Assembly: GCF_022539665.2 (NCBI RefSeq)
Contig: NC_081333.1
Coordinates: forward strand, 2,294,001-2,358,000
Length of the DNA stretch: 64,000 nt
From: Daphnia carinata
Lineage: Eukaryota
Direction: 5' to 3'
Position numbers and translations under genes: made by a program. Each line of letters begins with the position of its first letter. Within the stretch, counting starts at the first letter, position 1. Positions 1 through 15,454 of the stretch are shown piece by piece. Under the pieces are notes generated by a model. It was not told the origin of the DNA and made no database searches. It was given only the letters and a program-made list of their open reading frames with translations.

Positions 1-3000
1 TTGTTTTACGATCCATCAATCCACCTTCCAGTAATTAAAGAACCACTCACTTGGGATGTTTATGGGTTAGACCATTCGCGCTGAAAGTGCTTTGATCTTG
101 TTTTATTTTAAAATCTAAACGCAATGGAAAACTAAAATTTTATTCGGAATTAGCGTTTCGCTTTGGTGGGTTTGACCGAATTCAAAGTTAAAATTTTTAA
201 GACCAACGTTGTGTACAAAAAGTCTGGCTTAAAAAGTTGGGCTTAAAGTTTTGTTTATTTCGATTTTGTTTAGGATCCCAAATAGTCGATTTCATGTTTA
301 CGTCAGACTTGCATTTCAGAGTTATTTGAATTAAAAAAATTGTTACTCGGAATGTCAGTCGTATGTTTTCTTTTGACGTTATTCATAAAATTGTTCTTAC
401 AAAAGTGTTTGGGTTTATCGTATACGTCTTTCGGGTTCGAAACGATGAAACCTAAAATTCAGCAACTCATACAAGTATAGCTTAAAATGATAACAATTAA
501 TAAAAAGTTATCTTTTCTTTCTCACATTTCGCATTGCAAAGAGGGAAACGGGATTTTACGCTTGGTCTCCGTTTGGTTTTTTGAATAGCTTCCCTCTTTT
601 GTTGGATTGTTCCTTTCACAGAAATGTGGCGTATAGCGAAAACGCCAACAGCCAAAACAAGTCTCGTTTCAATATTCCGGCTGGGGGCCATTAGTTGTCT
701 TGTATTTGTTACATAGGCAGCGTATACAGGACACATTTTGCCAATGTTGGTTGCCTCCTGGCAACACTCAAAAGATATCAGTTTTTAAGTAGCATTCGAG
801 TCTATGTATTCTATCGACGATATGTAGAGCTTATTTTTTTTTTCTAATGATATCGGCGATATGGTATGGTTGAACAGACCACTCGTTTGGCGAGTATCCA
901 GATAAAAATTCAACAGCCACAATGAAAGATATACTACTCGCAATTTTTCAAAAGTCCTCCAACAGTAAAAATTTGGCTTGTGGGTTCGAAAAAATACGCC
1001 GATGATGTGTATGACTGGGCAGTGGGTATTTCACACGCCACTACACAATCCATAGTAGACTGCGGGCCTTCCTGAAAACTCATCCGTTTCTGCATGGATG
1101 AGATGTTACACAGAGTTGATTGTACATGGCAAGAAAAGTCTACGGTTGAAGGAAAAAAAAAATCCTATCGCTTTCACTGATTTGTATGTACAACTGCATC
1201 TTTTTATATCGTTCTCATTTTTATTCTCTTTCTCTGAATAAAAATAGCGGCGACGTACTATATGCAAAAAATATTTCCATAGTCTTGTCCCGCAAGCAGT
1301 CAATTTGATGTCTCCAATATAACGGTGATCATCGATGCGTTTGTTTGTGCATGTGTGCCAAAGAAATAACAACAAAAATCGATAAAAAAATAAGCAGGGA
1401 ACTCCACGGACATGATAATAACCTTCTTTTTAAGTTGGTCGTTGCATTCATTCGTTTGACTACGAAAAAAAAAAAAAGAAAGGGCGGGAGCAGTGACCAC
1501 TGTGCTTGTAAAGGAAAGAGCTCTAGACAAGCCTTGTTGGTTATGCTTTTATTTTGCTTTTGTTTGTTCACTTTTCTCGGGTGTTGACAGGACTTTGCAT
1601 CAGTTCGACAGGCGGCCTCTCTATATTTACACAAAAGGATGAGGTCCCTATAGAGGTATTTTAAGTTACTCTTCGTCTAGACAATGGATCAATAATAAAG
1701 CAATTCCCCCATTTTCAATTGTTTACTACAACACTGTTTCATTTCCCCCTTCGTCGCATTAATTGGTAATAATTGACGTGAAATCGAGTTTCTGATATTT
1801 TCGCTGTCGGTGGAATAAAAGACGATTAGTCTTTAGGAGAAACTGGGAATCCGCCGACGTAACTCCGGTGCTGATTCTACGCAATTTGCGATCTCTCAAC
1901 AATCAACGAGAAGTTTCAAATAATTGTTTTTAAAAATTCTTATTCCACTGCAAACTACGCTCAGCTTCTCCTCTCACACGCTGGTTCACGTCCGAGTCAT
2001 TCCAAGACGCACGAATATGACAATGGGGTATACCTGCTGTTGTCTGTACAATAGCAACGTTGAAAACAAAAGGGAAAAGAAACTAAGATAACCAGCTGTA
2101 AAGGCAAAACGAGATCGAGTGAATAGGGAACTTGAAAAGATTTGATCATCATCCCCATTTGAGGCAAGTTAAAGGATGGCTTTGGTTAAGGTCTTACACC
2201 ACGCAATTGTGGATAGGTGATTCACGAAAACAGAGCTAACGTTGAGGGGAGGATCTAAGTAGTAAATTGTCTCAATTCCGGACAGGAAGAAACACACGAA
2301 GTGATTGAGCAGAAAGTCAAACGCCCATTTCAAGTTAAACAACTTGCTCGAAAGTGGGCGTAGTACTTTTGTCTGCTATCGTGTCAACATCGGGGAAAGT
2401 GCTCGACATTTAATACTTCCGCAATGAGCGTTGTTTAGTTAAACTTGCCGAACGGGTAATCATCACGAAAGCTTTTTGAGCCCTAACGCAAAACGGCTTG
2501 CCGAAAGGTCTAGCTACTAGTAAATTCCATATGTCCCTAGCGGTGTCTTTTCATATAATGTTACATGTTATGTCTATTGACTTACCTAGCGATGAAACTG
2601 ATGCACACACAAAAAAAATATGTATATTTCCAGTTGTATACGCGATGATGCAAAGATGTTTGGAAGGGCAGGAACGCGCTACGCTGCCGGTGGAACACTG
2701 CGGCTGACAAGAGGCGAGCTGTTGGATAACCCCGTCAGCTGGAACAACTGGCCAAGGAAAAAGTAAAATAAAGTAAGACGATGGCAAGCCTCGGTTTCAA
2801 CGCCATTGCGCATGTGTTCTCACACGTCACCACGCTTGGTGGTATGCTCTTCGTCTCCACTTTCCATGTGTTCCTATATCTAAAGTCTCAACCCATATAA
2901 CGAAAGCAAAAGCTCTGGCACGTCTTTCACACATTCATAAGTTCTTGGCTGGGTGACGCGAACCACTAAAAAAGAGTAGAGAGGCTGGACGAGACAAAAG

Positions 3001-6000
3001 GTCAAAACATTCGAGCAAACGTAATCAAACGAGTGTATGAGCTTCATTTTTTTTTCAAACGTAGCTTTCCACGGCGTGTATAACTTCGCCGTTTAAAAGG
3101 ATTATGGCCAAAGGAGCCTGGTTCTTTTACATGGAGTTTTTTTTTTTTTTCCACAATACGGAGAATGGGGTGTTAGATATGTCACGGAGAAATCAGGATA
3201 TTTCTATTCAGTTCATTCGCCATAAACAGAGAATTCCTTCTGGTAAACGACGTCCAACTCGGCCGAGGGGAGGGGTACATCTTTGCTCGAGTGCCTCTGT
3301 ATGTTTTTGTTTCCTGTCATGTCGGGTAATAACAAATGCTTTTTTTTTGTTGTGTTGTTTTTCTTTTGAAGAAATTTCCTTTTACTATTTTTTTTCAGTA
3401 AGTTGGTTTGATTTGGTAGTCACAAATTTACATGTCTGATTGAGAAGACTGGAGTGTTCTCGAAAAACTATTGTAATATTTACAAAATTCCAGAAAAAGT
3501 CCCAAACCTCACCAAACAGCAAACAACAGAAAGCTTGTTGTTCCCAATAACTAAAATAATTTTGGTTTTCATGCTTAGTCACGTGTCGAGTAATTGAAAC
3601 GGATGTGTGCCCTCATTTCTTAATTTTCCGCAATTTCACGTCCCGCGTCTGTTTTTGCACACGCAAAAAAAAACGGTGCCAACAGAACGAGCGAATTGCA
3701 GCTCTTTTCTATTTCCACGTAGTGCATCTCGTAACGTGACACGTCAATCCAATCATGCACAAACGTTTGGCATGTGAGGATGATGGGGCGATGCTTTTTT
3801 GCAAAGTAGGGCGGTCATTATAGCAGCCTGCTCTGCCATAAAGCTGATGTAGCTCAAAAATCCGTTCAACGGCTGATTGATTACTCAAGTGGCAGGTGAC
3901 AAGCCGACAAAAGGAAAGCGTCATACCAAGCCTCGAGACGCGAGCGATCAATCATTAATTGCGCAGAGACTTAACGGCCAAGTTATTAGCTGACGCGAAA
4001 AAACCGTGTCGTTCTTCTTTTGTTTTTCGCGATGTTTATTTGGCGAAACAGTTGCTGATCATGTACAGAGGGCCTCCAGTAAACCATGGCTGTTTTGAAA
4101 CTATAAAACAGCAAGCTGCTCATGTCGACTCAAGTTGTAATGTATTACATATCTTTAAGTTGGGACGGGCCAACTTTGGAGCTACCGTCTAAATCGACCC
4201 GAAAGTAGATGGCTATACAATAAATGTCAATACGTACACACAAAAAAACGAAACGGTGAGCAACAGAGGGTAATAAAAAGAAAAATGAATGGCAGAGAAA
4301 CGTTGCGCAAACGAAATGGGGTGTGCCGAGTTTTCACGACAACGTTGTAACTCAGACGTGGTCATGGAATGTAGCGAAAATGTAATCCGACCTTGCACAC
4401 GTAACAAAGCTAAATCGTTTTTCCTCGGAAAATAGATTATCTGTGAGCTGTGAAAAATAAGAAACAAACAAACAAAAAAACGAAACAACTGGAACTCAGG
4501 TGGATTGGTTGCTATACGCTGTTGAAATTTCGCTATATCGCACAAGATCGTGTTACATATCTACTATAAGAATTAGATTAACGGCAGCGATTCGTGACGA
4601 TGCTTCTTTGTGAAACGGCAAGTTACAGCAAAACTAACGAGGTACTTCTTGCGGAGCAACCCCACCGTAGCGGAAGAGAACCGTATAACGGTTGCCTAGG
4701 CAAAGAAAAAAATAGCAACAACAATGATAAAAGGAAGATTATATTTGTTTTGTACTTTACTCCCCTCTTTTAATTATGCATATGTGGTTTCACCCCTTTG
4801 TCGGTGGAAGCAAGCAGCAGAGCGACGCTATTGCATGGATGCCCAAAGATGAGTAGTAGGCGACCTGCCATTTATGATGCAATTGACTTTCCCAAATGGG
4901 AATCAAAGAATTACATTGTCGAATTACAATTCACAAGGCCAGGTCCTTGATCGTTTCATTGATTATTAAATGTTGATTTATGCCTCTACTTCCCTAGAAT
5001 ATTTGAGGTCATTGTTAAACAAAAAATAATAAAAGCTGCGAAATGCTGTGGTCTATTGATCGCGTGACGCCAAAAAGGCTAGCCGGGGAATTCCAAGTTC
5101 CAGGAATTCTCTATTACAAGAATTCCCCACTATATAACGGTGATACGTTATCTATAGGTAAGGATCAAATGCACGTTACGTATAAGAGACTATACGGTGC
5201 GGGGCGTTAAAGTTAACTGCCCGCTTAGACGCCATGTATAAGTTGGCTATAATAATCATGCTGCTGGCTCATGGCCCAATTTACAAACACGTTTGGAAAT
5301 ACGGTATCCGTGCGGTCACCAAAACTTTTATGGACCCCGTACGCACCGCTTTCTGGTTTTTATTGCACGCAAGTTATGGGCGTTGTGATGTTTGTGAAAT
5401 GAATTGGATGGCAGCCTGACGGCGCGGCTGGCGTCGCTGCTCTGAATCTCCAGCCCCACCCTGTTTACATGCGAAAAATGGATCGATGTGCATAGAGAGT
5501 TCTGAAAGTTAACTTGATGAGCTTACTGCATAACAAACAACGCAAGCAAACTTTTTGAGTGGCATGAGTAAAACAAACCGGAAGTATATAAGTTGTTAAC
5601 TATGTTAAAAAAAAAAAAACTTTGGCATTTAGCTCTGGTTTCCCAGTCTTTGTTTCTAAGAACAACCTGGACCTGGGCCTATTTAAGTTAAGCAATAACG
5701 CGATACCCACTTTTGTGGTCATCCGAGCTGTGGCCAACGTTACCAACTACTTGAAACTACTCTTATTCTTCTTAAAGATAATTAGAGGCCAATTTTCTAT
5801 ACCCAAAGTATTTTCTTGATTACGCAAACTGGGTTATGGCATGAGGCAGTTTTTACATGCACTTGCTGGTATTGTCAATCACCGTTGATTGGTATTTAAA
5901 TCCATGTAAAATGTTGAATGAATACACGAAGGTATAACAAGACCCTGTTTTGTGACATTTGGAATACCAAGAAGCGAATCATAACATTGCACATTGTTGT

Positions 6001-9000
6001 GACGGATGATAAAGTGACATAGCATCAACTCTTTGCGTCTTTTTCTTTCCATTCTTCGTTTCAATCAATGGCTATTCAGCTCTTAATCCTGGTGTTTCTT
6101 CTTGTCGTTGTGAAGAACTTGGGTGAATCAACAGTCCCGTGTGACGTTGTCCTAAAGCAGCACGCTAGTTTGGAATTAAATTAGATTTGAATTCGACGTA
6201 GAACATCAATAGCAAATAAAAATCTTTGCTGTGATATAGAGGTGCACCATTTCCCTTGTGTGGAAGCTATGCGTCAAGGCAATCATCTATAGTCGACCGA
6301 TACGGCTTCTTCGATCAGTCGGCCAAACGGATGGTTGGCAACATCAATCACAAACTGAATACAAAAGGCTATCAGTTTTGCTGTTGCACATTTTCTTAGT
6401 TTAATTAGATTGTTGGCTATTTTTGTAAACGATCAACAACTTTAAGAAATTCATTCAGACTGCAGCCGTTGGTGAACGACCAACGATGGGTCCCAGACAT
6501 TTCTTAATAGACAATCACGAACATATTGTTCAGTATCTTAACTGTTTCCCCTGTAACGTCCGACTCAACTTTTGATCCCGACTGTCGAACTTTTCGAGAG
6601 GGGTTGCTGTGTTCGTGTGTTCCTTCGGGATTTGCATGAACTCCCTTTGCCATGACATTGCAATTTGCAGCGCACGTGTATTCCGTTATATTGACGGCCA
6701 GCAGTGACGTAATTTCCAATCACAATTCAGCGTCCTTTGCAGCTGAAAGGCTTACCTTTATGATACTTGAAGGTTGCAGGCAAGAAAGCTTAAGGTTTTC
6801 GGTTGATGATCGAATTGGAGTAACCAAGGCAACCGGTTAGCACCAAATATATATCTACTCAATGAAAGGCCAGCCTTTTTGCGGGATCCACATAGCACGT
6901 ATTTAGTAAGCCCAGTCAGATACAACCAATAGGGGAGATGATCTTCCTTAATCTATGGACGACATGTAAAACTAATGGAGTTGCTATCGTGATCAAAAAT
7001 GGTTTGGCTTCAAATGTTGTACCAGGAAAATGAAATTGCGCACTCCTTTTGCTCTCCACATAACGGGTACGTCAAGCAATATTACCGGCTGCGAATGTTA
7101 TCGATTCGTTGACAATAGAATTTGCCAGAGAACATTGCCATTTTGCTACCTCTGATGACGAAGGGGGGTGTCATGCCAACATATCCAATTCGCTCAGACT
7201 GATTATGTATTTGTACATCGTAGGCGTAAAGAAATATTGGCACAATCGTCAGAAAGGATATGTCCCAAATTGCCATTATCTCTATTTGGTTAGACGTTAT
7301 CAGATTAACCGAGCAAATCAGAAACTCAGTTGGCAAAATTTCGTTATTGCAACCATACTTTCCGGCGTTGCGGTATAACATGAATCGTTTTGACGGATTG
7401 TGCTGGCGAATTCCATGGCTGTTCGTCTTCCGGTTTCCTGGCAAACGTCACGGAGCACAAAAAAAAAATCAATAATTATAAAGAACGTTGAATGTTTTAA
7501 AAGCCGAATGGCTGGCGCAATGGTCCATTGGGCTCGTGAAGGGTCATAAACAATCGCAGACTCATAACTACGTAGAATTATGTAATAAAATTCTATATGC
7601 GAATTGATATTGGGCGGCACACTCGCCTACGTCGACCCAACAATCAGACAGTTAACAGAACATGGTAGAAAAATATGAGAGATAAGTTGGGAACAGTACG
7701 ACAGCAGTGATTATTACCTAGAAAGAAAGTTACCAATAAAGCCTTGGTAATTAGGAATAGATGCACTGGAGTGAAAAAATTACGGTTTAACAAACATAGG
7801 GAAAGAAAAAACTAAGTTTGAGAACGTAAGACTAAATAGATTTCATCTTCACCTTACGAAACACAACCCCGGTCCTTTGCGTAATCAATTTCCTGTCCTG
7901 TTCTCTTTGCTCTATTATTTAAAAGACTAATGTTCCAGTTTGACTATTTTTTTTTAGCAACTTCATTGCCTTGGTATTGAATTTCGAAATGCGGGATTGA
8001 CTCCCTTTGACATCTCTTTCAGACGTTATCGCTAGGTGAAAACAAAAGTATTAAGATAAAATGGGTTTGCCCATTAAACGTGAATGAAGCGCTCGTCTAA
8101 AACTTCAAACAAGATCAACAGTTCCACCTTTCCTACTTCCTTGTAATGCTTTTGCAGTAACATTAGAAGGTGCCACTACGTAATTCAAGGAGCATCTGGT
8201 TAAACAAAAGAAAGGATGCACTTTGTTGGTGAAGGGGCGTCGGAGTGTAACCAAACAGATCGCAGAACGGCTAGGAAACGATCACCACAAGCTAAAACTA
8301 CTACAAATTTGTCATTTTAACTAAAAAAAAAAACAACAAACAAAAACTGAATTGGGTTCCGATGTTACATCTCAAATCCTAAAAGAGTTCTATTCCGATC
8401 TCTGGAACGGATACCATCAAATGACTTACGATTGGTAAGCGAATGGCATAACTAAGGATTTAAACTTCTAAATGCATCGAGTTTTATCGCAGGATTGATC
8501 GTCAGTCTCCACGGCAACGGTAACCATAAGGTGCTAAAACCAACAGGGAGTTACATGGAATTCCTGATGCAATTTTTACATTTTCACTGAAAAAATCTGG
8601 AACGCAAGCTGTGGGCGTGAATGGATAAGCGCGAAGAGGGCGTGATGGAATGGGACTACGAGGGTGGAAAAAAAATCTAAATGAAATCATGTTTACATTT
8701 GATTTTAAGCCTCTTGCATTTGTTTTGACTTGCTTGTTTGCAACGTAATAAGTTTGCAACCCACTCTTTGTTGTTCTAGTTCAGTACGTTGAATACTAAT
8801 CGGCTTTTCTAAGTCAAAATCTGGTGGGAACGTATGAGAAATTGGGTACACTAATTCACAACGGACGGTAAAGTTTCGCCGCGCAGCAGTTGGTTCGTTT
8901 CGTTTCCAGCGAAATCAGGACATTCTCATTTAAGGGCGTAGGAAAAACGTAATGAACACGCAGCACAGCTGGTGGAAAAAAATACAAAAACCCGTTTCAC

Positions 9001-12000
9001 GTGTCGCCTAAATGGAACAGATTGGACGGAATATATGTGCGGCAGTTGCTATTGATTTACTTCGCTTTATTCTGTACACGATAGAATTAAAAAAATAAGT
9101 ACAATAAATGATGACAGCCACGCCATACGCTCGTTTGCCTGTGCTGTTGATTGAAAATTTTTTACAAGATTTTGGGATACGTAGTGCTATTAAAATAATT
9201 GTTTCTGAAGATTGTTGTTTTGACAGGCTATTTTTTTTTGGTAGGGGCCCAACATTTCAAAATTAGTTTAGGTTTCCAAGAAACGTGGGGCAGAGTGGTT
9301 TTGGCACAAGCAAATGAAGCCTTGACATTCACAAAATACGGACTGTCATCAGCGGGAGGTTGGTCAATTCACAGCCCGCAAAGTCACGTATTGATTTAGC
9401 CTGGCACACACAAGAATTTCCTAGGGAGCAATAAATGTCGCACTACAGCGATTCTCTTGAATTCCCTTTCTTTCCCCCTTTTCAAAAAGACCAAAACGTA
9501 TTCCCATTGGTCATCCATCATGTTTACGTTTGGCTTTTTTTTTCGTTATCTGAAGTCGATGAATCTAGTAGATCTCTGAGTCGTTCTTCACACACCACTG
9601 ATTTCTCAATGTCTATACGTGCTTAAGTTTTAGATGTATTTTTGCGTGATTTCTTAGTGTTCACGTAATGAGTCCCGATGCTGTTTTAATAGCCTAGCGC
9701 TTGTATATAAGCATTGAAGTCAAAAGAGGTCAAACTGCATCACATTTACGAAGAAACGAACGGTGATAAACTTTTCTTTGTCTCTGCAAAAACGTTGGGG
9801 TTGGTCAGATAGAATGGCGAGAAATTGATTCCATGTCCCCCAAGTGTATCATTCATTTCTCTAACAAAAGTCTGCCTCATTTTTCATTGTTCTTTTCTTC
9901 GTCTGGTGGGCCTGGTGACGTCATGTCTGAAGATCTTGTTGCTCCTATTCTATAGAAAATATTTCTACGGATTCGGTAAAGCTTCTGAGCAACTACAACC
10001 CAACATGTTTTCCACGTTTGCGATCTTACGGCTTATCGTACCCAGCCATTATTCATCATAATATGTGAATTTCTTTGGACGACGAAGGTCAAACAGCAAT
10101 AGAAATTGAGCTGGCCTGACACGACGTGAGCTGTCTTTTCATAAGATAAGAAAGGGTGCGGACAGGCTTGCTATTCATTATCCGGGATATACGCGCTCCG
10201 AGTAATGGCTATCATCGTGCCACTTGCGTTACGTGAATTCCTCGGCCTTTCGTGCAAACAGAAAGTATAACTTCATCAAGAAATTGTACATCAATAATAG
10301 AAAGCCTCGGCCACCAATTGAATTAGTTGGAATAGAATAAATCGTTTATTCCTTGTTTCTTGTTCTCTGCATGCGAATGCGCAAGCCCTACCACATTCGT
10401 TAGTTGGGCTAGTCAGGCTGGTATGAGAACGTTAGGTATTTTTCCTGGATAAATTCGTGGAAGACGCACTAGTTAAACATGTATGAGGATAAACATAGTT
10501 CTAGACCATACAGGAAATAGGATACAGGCAATGCCATTCGCCATCGTTACGTAATATGTTTGTAATTTGTAAGCAAGACAACTCAAGTAAATGGAGAAGA
10601 CGAACGTCATTCAACGTCATCTTCTATTTTGTTCATACGCGAGCACAAGGAAAACAAAAACCATTGAAGACGATATTAACGATGGCGTTTATGAATCAAA
10701 TTATTTCAACAGTCTCAATGCGAAGGCTGGAAAAACTGCCATGAACATTTGAGCCTACCACTGTTACGGTATAAGAAGAACGTTTATCTTTAAAAAAAAA
10801 ATAGAGCAAGTGAACTAGGCTGAAGACGTAATTACGAAACATCATCTTTGCTTGCAAGTACTGTATGATCAACAATGTTGCATATTCTACGTCTTCTTAT
10901 ACAAGCTGCGAGAAAACTGCAATTCGGTCAGTCAGTTGCAGTTCATTTCCCGGCGGACTGCTATTTTCCGATGTTTTCTTTTTTCTTCTTATCGCAGACC
11001 AAAATCACGAATCTTTTTCTTGTGGTAGGATTAGCTTGCGGGGTTGATAGGGTATATATATATATATACATGTTGTATACTCATCATGGAGAGCTACTTC
11101 TTCGTTAATGTTTCCGCATTAAACGACCAGACAAGATCGTGGCAACGCAAAAAGCTTTTTATTCTGTCACTAAGACGTGAACGACTCAGTCCCAAACATA
11201 TTGCTACATCTATCCTTTTGGATTGGATAAATGGCACAGTTATGATGGCTGCCGCTGTACTTATGACAGGCAATTAAACAAGCCACAGTCAGTTTTATGC
11301 GTTTCCTTTGTTTCACTCGTGTTGGATACGCCTGACTTGCAATGCCTTTGTGATCAAGACGCTCCACAAATTACGCAGCCTACGCTTCAATTGTATGGGG
11401 ATCTCGTATAGGCAAACGTTGATTTGATTGTGGCTTTTGGAGTGGCATCTCCTTGATCAGTGGCATTGCATAAATTATGGAGCTAGTTGGAGGGCATTGT
11501 GAGTTAGATAAACCAATATAAACAAATCGTTGGACTAGAAGTCTAGAAGGCAATTGCAAAATGGATTCATGGAATTGCGCCCTTGTTAAAGCAGAGCTCG
11601 AAATGCACGAACGCTTAAATTCTCAAGGGTGATTTCTCTTTCCAAGAGTTTCTTCTTCCAGTCATTTGGCACTGAACATGACGTCCTTTTTATTATTTTA
11701 CCCATTGCCGTTACAGAAAAAAAGGAAGTTATTTGAAGGACACGTTGTTAAGACACTTTAGAAGTCAATAACTTTTCTATTTTTTTCAAATGCTGGGTTA
11801 CTGGGCTAGCTTCTTTTAACGTACGAATCAGCTGTTGAAAGGTGAAGAATTTTATAAATCGTTTGACCGTTGCATGAAGCCATAGCTTTTGCTGAAAGAC
11901 GGAAACATCCTAGCTAGGTTTTATTAAAGTGACAGAGCCCTATGCGTTACAGCTTATTTTATTACTAGTAGCGTCCTAAAGTTTATGTTTTTATTTGTAG

Positions 12001-14155
12001 ATGCAAATCATACTGATTCTACACACGTATACGTAGATTTAAGGTAGCGTTAAGGCCCATTTCTATACAGTCAATCGTCATATTCTTCATACACATCATT
12101 AGATATTTTTAGAATTATATGAATCCGCAATGAAAGAAAAATAATGAGCTTTACGTAACTGGGAAGTAGAAACGATCGAATCCACACTCTCTAATGGAGA
12201 CTGATACTTCCCGTTTTCCTTAAGGGGTTAGAGTTGTGTAACTTCCAAGAATTCCGAGGCATTGGCATTTCCACTACGCAAAGCTGAAAGACGTGGAACG
12301 TACAAATCCCGTCAAGTTAACAGGCTCTTCTCGGCTCACTTTAGTGCCTCGTACCCGGCTGCTTCTAGTATTGGACGATAAAAGAAAGCGCCCAACGTTG
12401 ATAGCCCTCGATTGTTCACTGGTCAAGAAGGAAGGAAAACAAATACGACGAACGTACGCCTGATGGCCTAAAACGTAAGCAATGTACTGGATCCCTTGTA
12501 AACTAGAGCTCGTTTTCAGTTGTCTGTCCTCACCGTTGGCCAATAATCCCAAAAGACTGGTGAAATAAAATTTGGGTTGCAGAACACACCTCACGCCAAC
12601 AGCGGTATTCTGCCAACAGCAGCAGCCCACCAAGACAACTTTCACGTCCGTGTGCTACTGGAAACGTGTTAGATAATTTCTTGCCGTAAAACAGGGCATC
12701 GGTAGGAATGTTGAAGATATAGATGTGATGATTGATAAATTACATTTGGGCACAGTGAGCTACGTAAGTTTCTTTTTTACTTTCCGAATGTTTAGTGTGG
12801 TACACAACTAGCGTTGCACTAGAGGCTGTTCTAGTCGGCTCCGCACAAGAGTTACGAAGCTATGCAACTTCATGCTATTTTGTCTTGCTACTTGACTCTC
12901 AAGATATTGATCCTTCGAAGTAGGTGTCCAGTCGCCTCATTCACTTACAGATTCTCTTCTTAGCGGTCTTAGTGAATCCGAAGCAATACAGGGCAACGGA
13001 AAGACACACACAGAAAAAGAAACAGTACAATAGGCCATATTATGCATCTAGAGAGAAAGCCAATACGTTGGCTTCGGGTATAAAAGGTACTTCGTTTGCT
13101 TACACAAATGCATTTGATTTTTTAAGACTACTGGGAATGGGCACGACAGTGAATTTCAATGCGGCCACGAGAATTTTCTCAATTGTCACGAAGAATCAAC
13201 GAAGCGCAAATGGCCACAGTTGGCATTAAGCTGACGCAACGTATATCTCTTATTGGATTCAGCCATATTCGTTCTATTGAGCGTGAACAAACATTTCGTT
13301 ACAATCGAGCCTTGGGGGAATCCATCGTCAGTACACTGTGAACTCACTAACTCAGGTTAGCGACATGCATAATGGAGGCTCCGTGCAAAGATCACAATAG
13401 ATTGGACACATTTCACAACGGGAGCTTAAGTTTGAATAAATTCCTTACTTTACGTGGTCAGAATAATAACATGTTCGTGTACCTAACCGTAACGTAGGGG
13501 TTACCGTCCACAAACGAAAAATTTCGAATAACAATAAAGCATTTATGGCAGATAACATTTTCAACACGTCGTTCAACTTCAATTGTTGTTTACATTTCAG
13601 AATCAATTTGCTTTATTCTCCCAATCCCCTCCGGCTATTGTATATCAAACTATTTTTAAAATAATAACGAAATAAAGCTACGAAATGAAATTTTTCTGTT
13701 GTATAAGTGTTGTACGGTTTGATCCATCACACTGGAGCAGCTGTGAAAAAAGGAAACGAAAATCAGATGCGATTGTTTGTTGTGAAAAAACAACAACTTT
13801 ATACCGTTTGTGGATTTGGTAAATTCCATGTTATTAAATTTTTCTCCAACTAGGCATACTGGGCAATGCGGAAGCGAGGATAGGCATATAGACAATGGAG
13901 ATCGGACTTTGAAGTTTGGACAATGGAAATCGAGCAACCAGCAAATACCAAAGATTTGGCATCGTTGTCTAGTACCTATCGACAAGTTTGTTTTGACGTG
14001 GATAATTTTCTCAAGTGGCGTTTTTAAGTCTATTAAACACTTTTGTTTCTTATAAAGTTGTTAGCGCCAAATAATTAATCAACGTTTTGCTTATAATATC
14101 CGTTTCCTGTCAGAGCAATCCCATTTATCTCTATTACTACTTAAGGCTTTCGTAC

Positions 14156-15454
14156 ATGGAGGAAACGCAGACGGTTGATATTAATGATATTAGCCGTGAG
14201 CTTTATGACCTTAAAAACAAATACGAACGATTAAAAGAGGGCCATAGAAAATTGTTGTTTGTTAATCAAAATTTAGAAGAGAAGGTAAACAACTACCAAA
14301 AATGCTGTTTTGGTAAAATAACATGTATTGTTAAAATGATTACAGTTACTTCAAAACATCAACAAATATGAAACAGAAAAAATATCACTGGTCCATACTA
14401 TTTCAGCTCTCAACCTGGAACGTGAAGAATTGCAACAAATCAACAAAAAATTAGTAACTCAAAATGTATAAAAATTTATTGTTCTTAGTCTTTCCAGATT
14501 TTATAGCTACTTTTGGTTTTACAGGAAAGATTTAAATTAGACATTTCTGTTGCTATTCAACTACTCCATTGCAAGCCATCCAGCTTTTCTGCATGCAAAC
14601 TAGAAAGCGTATGAAGAAACTTGCATTCTACAATCAACATAAATAAGCCATTACTCGATAATTTCTGTTTTAGCTCCCACAGGAGTTTCAAGAAAAAGCA
14701 AAGTTTCACATCCAACAAGAAGCTCTTCCAAGGTATCGATCTGAGAAAAAAGGAAAAGTGATTAGAGTTCCAATATCAGCATTTCCCTCTACAACTGTGA
14801 TATACTCTATACCTGGTAAGCTTACGAAATAAACATTATTGGCTGTAAACCAAATTACTAATTTTTGTCACCGTCCAGATGACGACGATGACGATGTCGA
14901 TTTAAACGCAGATGTGACAGTGTCTGCTGAAACAATGGCTAAAGTGCTGAATGAAAGACAACGAGAGCTTCACGATCAAACTCCAAACGGAGCCGGCTTC
15001 CCACCCCATTGTTCTAACGGCCTGCACACCTCTCATTCAATGCCATTCTTAGACGGGTTGCAATATGTAGACCACGGGACGCAAACTTATCCGAATTTTA
15101 TTGGCGAACGAGAGAAGACCGTTAATACTTGTATATTTTGCCAAGGAACACCGACCACAAACCGATCATGTGGCACAATTAAAAGTACAGTATCTCGCTG
15201 AAATTACCTTCATTGATTATTAAACATTTTTCCTAAAACCTAAACGATTTCAAACAGATCAGGCTACTTTACCTTTAGAAGACCCAAAAGTGTTTTTGCA
15301 TACGGAGTCGGAGATCAGCCCTCTAACCACACAACGTAGTAGCATCAACACCGCTAGGAAAAATGCTGCGAATACCCACAGGCGCAAAGTTCAGAGTAAT
15401 AACAATAGCGTTAGCTCAAGCTACAGCAGGTCTTCGATGGAAACGGACATTTAG
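14156..15454 (+). CDS. TJAP1: TJAP1 (Pilt)/BEGAIN-family coiled-coil protein, spliced; true N-terminus may lie upstream
   Basis: GT-AG exons ~14146-14284, 14346-14465, 14525-14608, 14674-14815, 14879-15184 and 15258-15454 join in frame: MEETQTVDINDISRELYDLKNKYERLKEGHRKLLFVNQNLEEK/LLQNINKYETEK.../ERFKLDISVAIQLLHCKPSSF.../...VIRVPISAFPSTTVIYS/...VSAETMAKVLNER...SMETDI*. The NQNLEEKLL, D-x-x-x-AIQLL-x-CKPS and VSA-x-x-MAKVL motifs resemble the TJAP1/BEGAIN family (from recall). A possible extra upstream exon lies at 13854-13913. Confidence 0.75.

Noticed and set aside
1..13800. Many 60-120 aa ORFs, and possible miRNA hairpins
   Set aside because: There is no recognisable homology or consistent exon chain, and I recognised no conserved arthropod mature miRNA. 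This is probably intronic or regulatory sequence, and small exons could have been missed.
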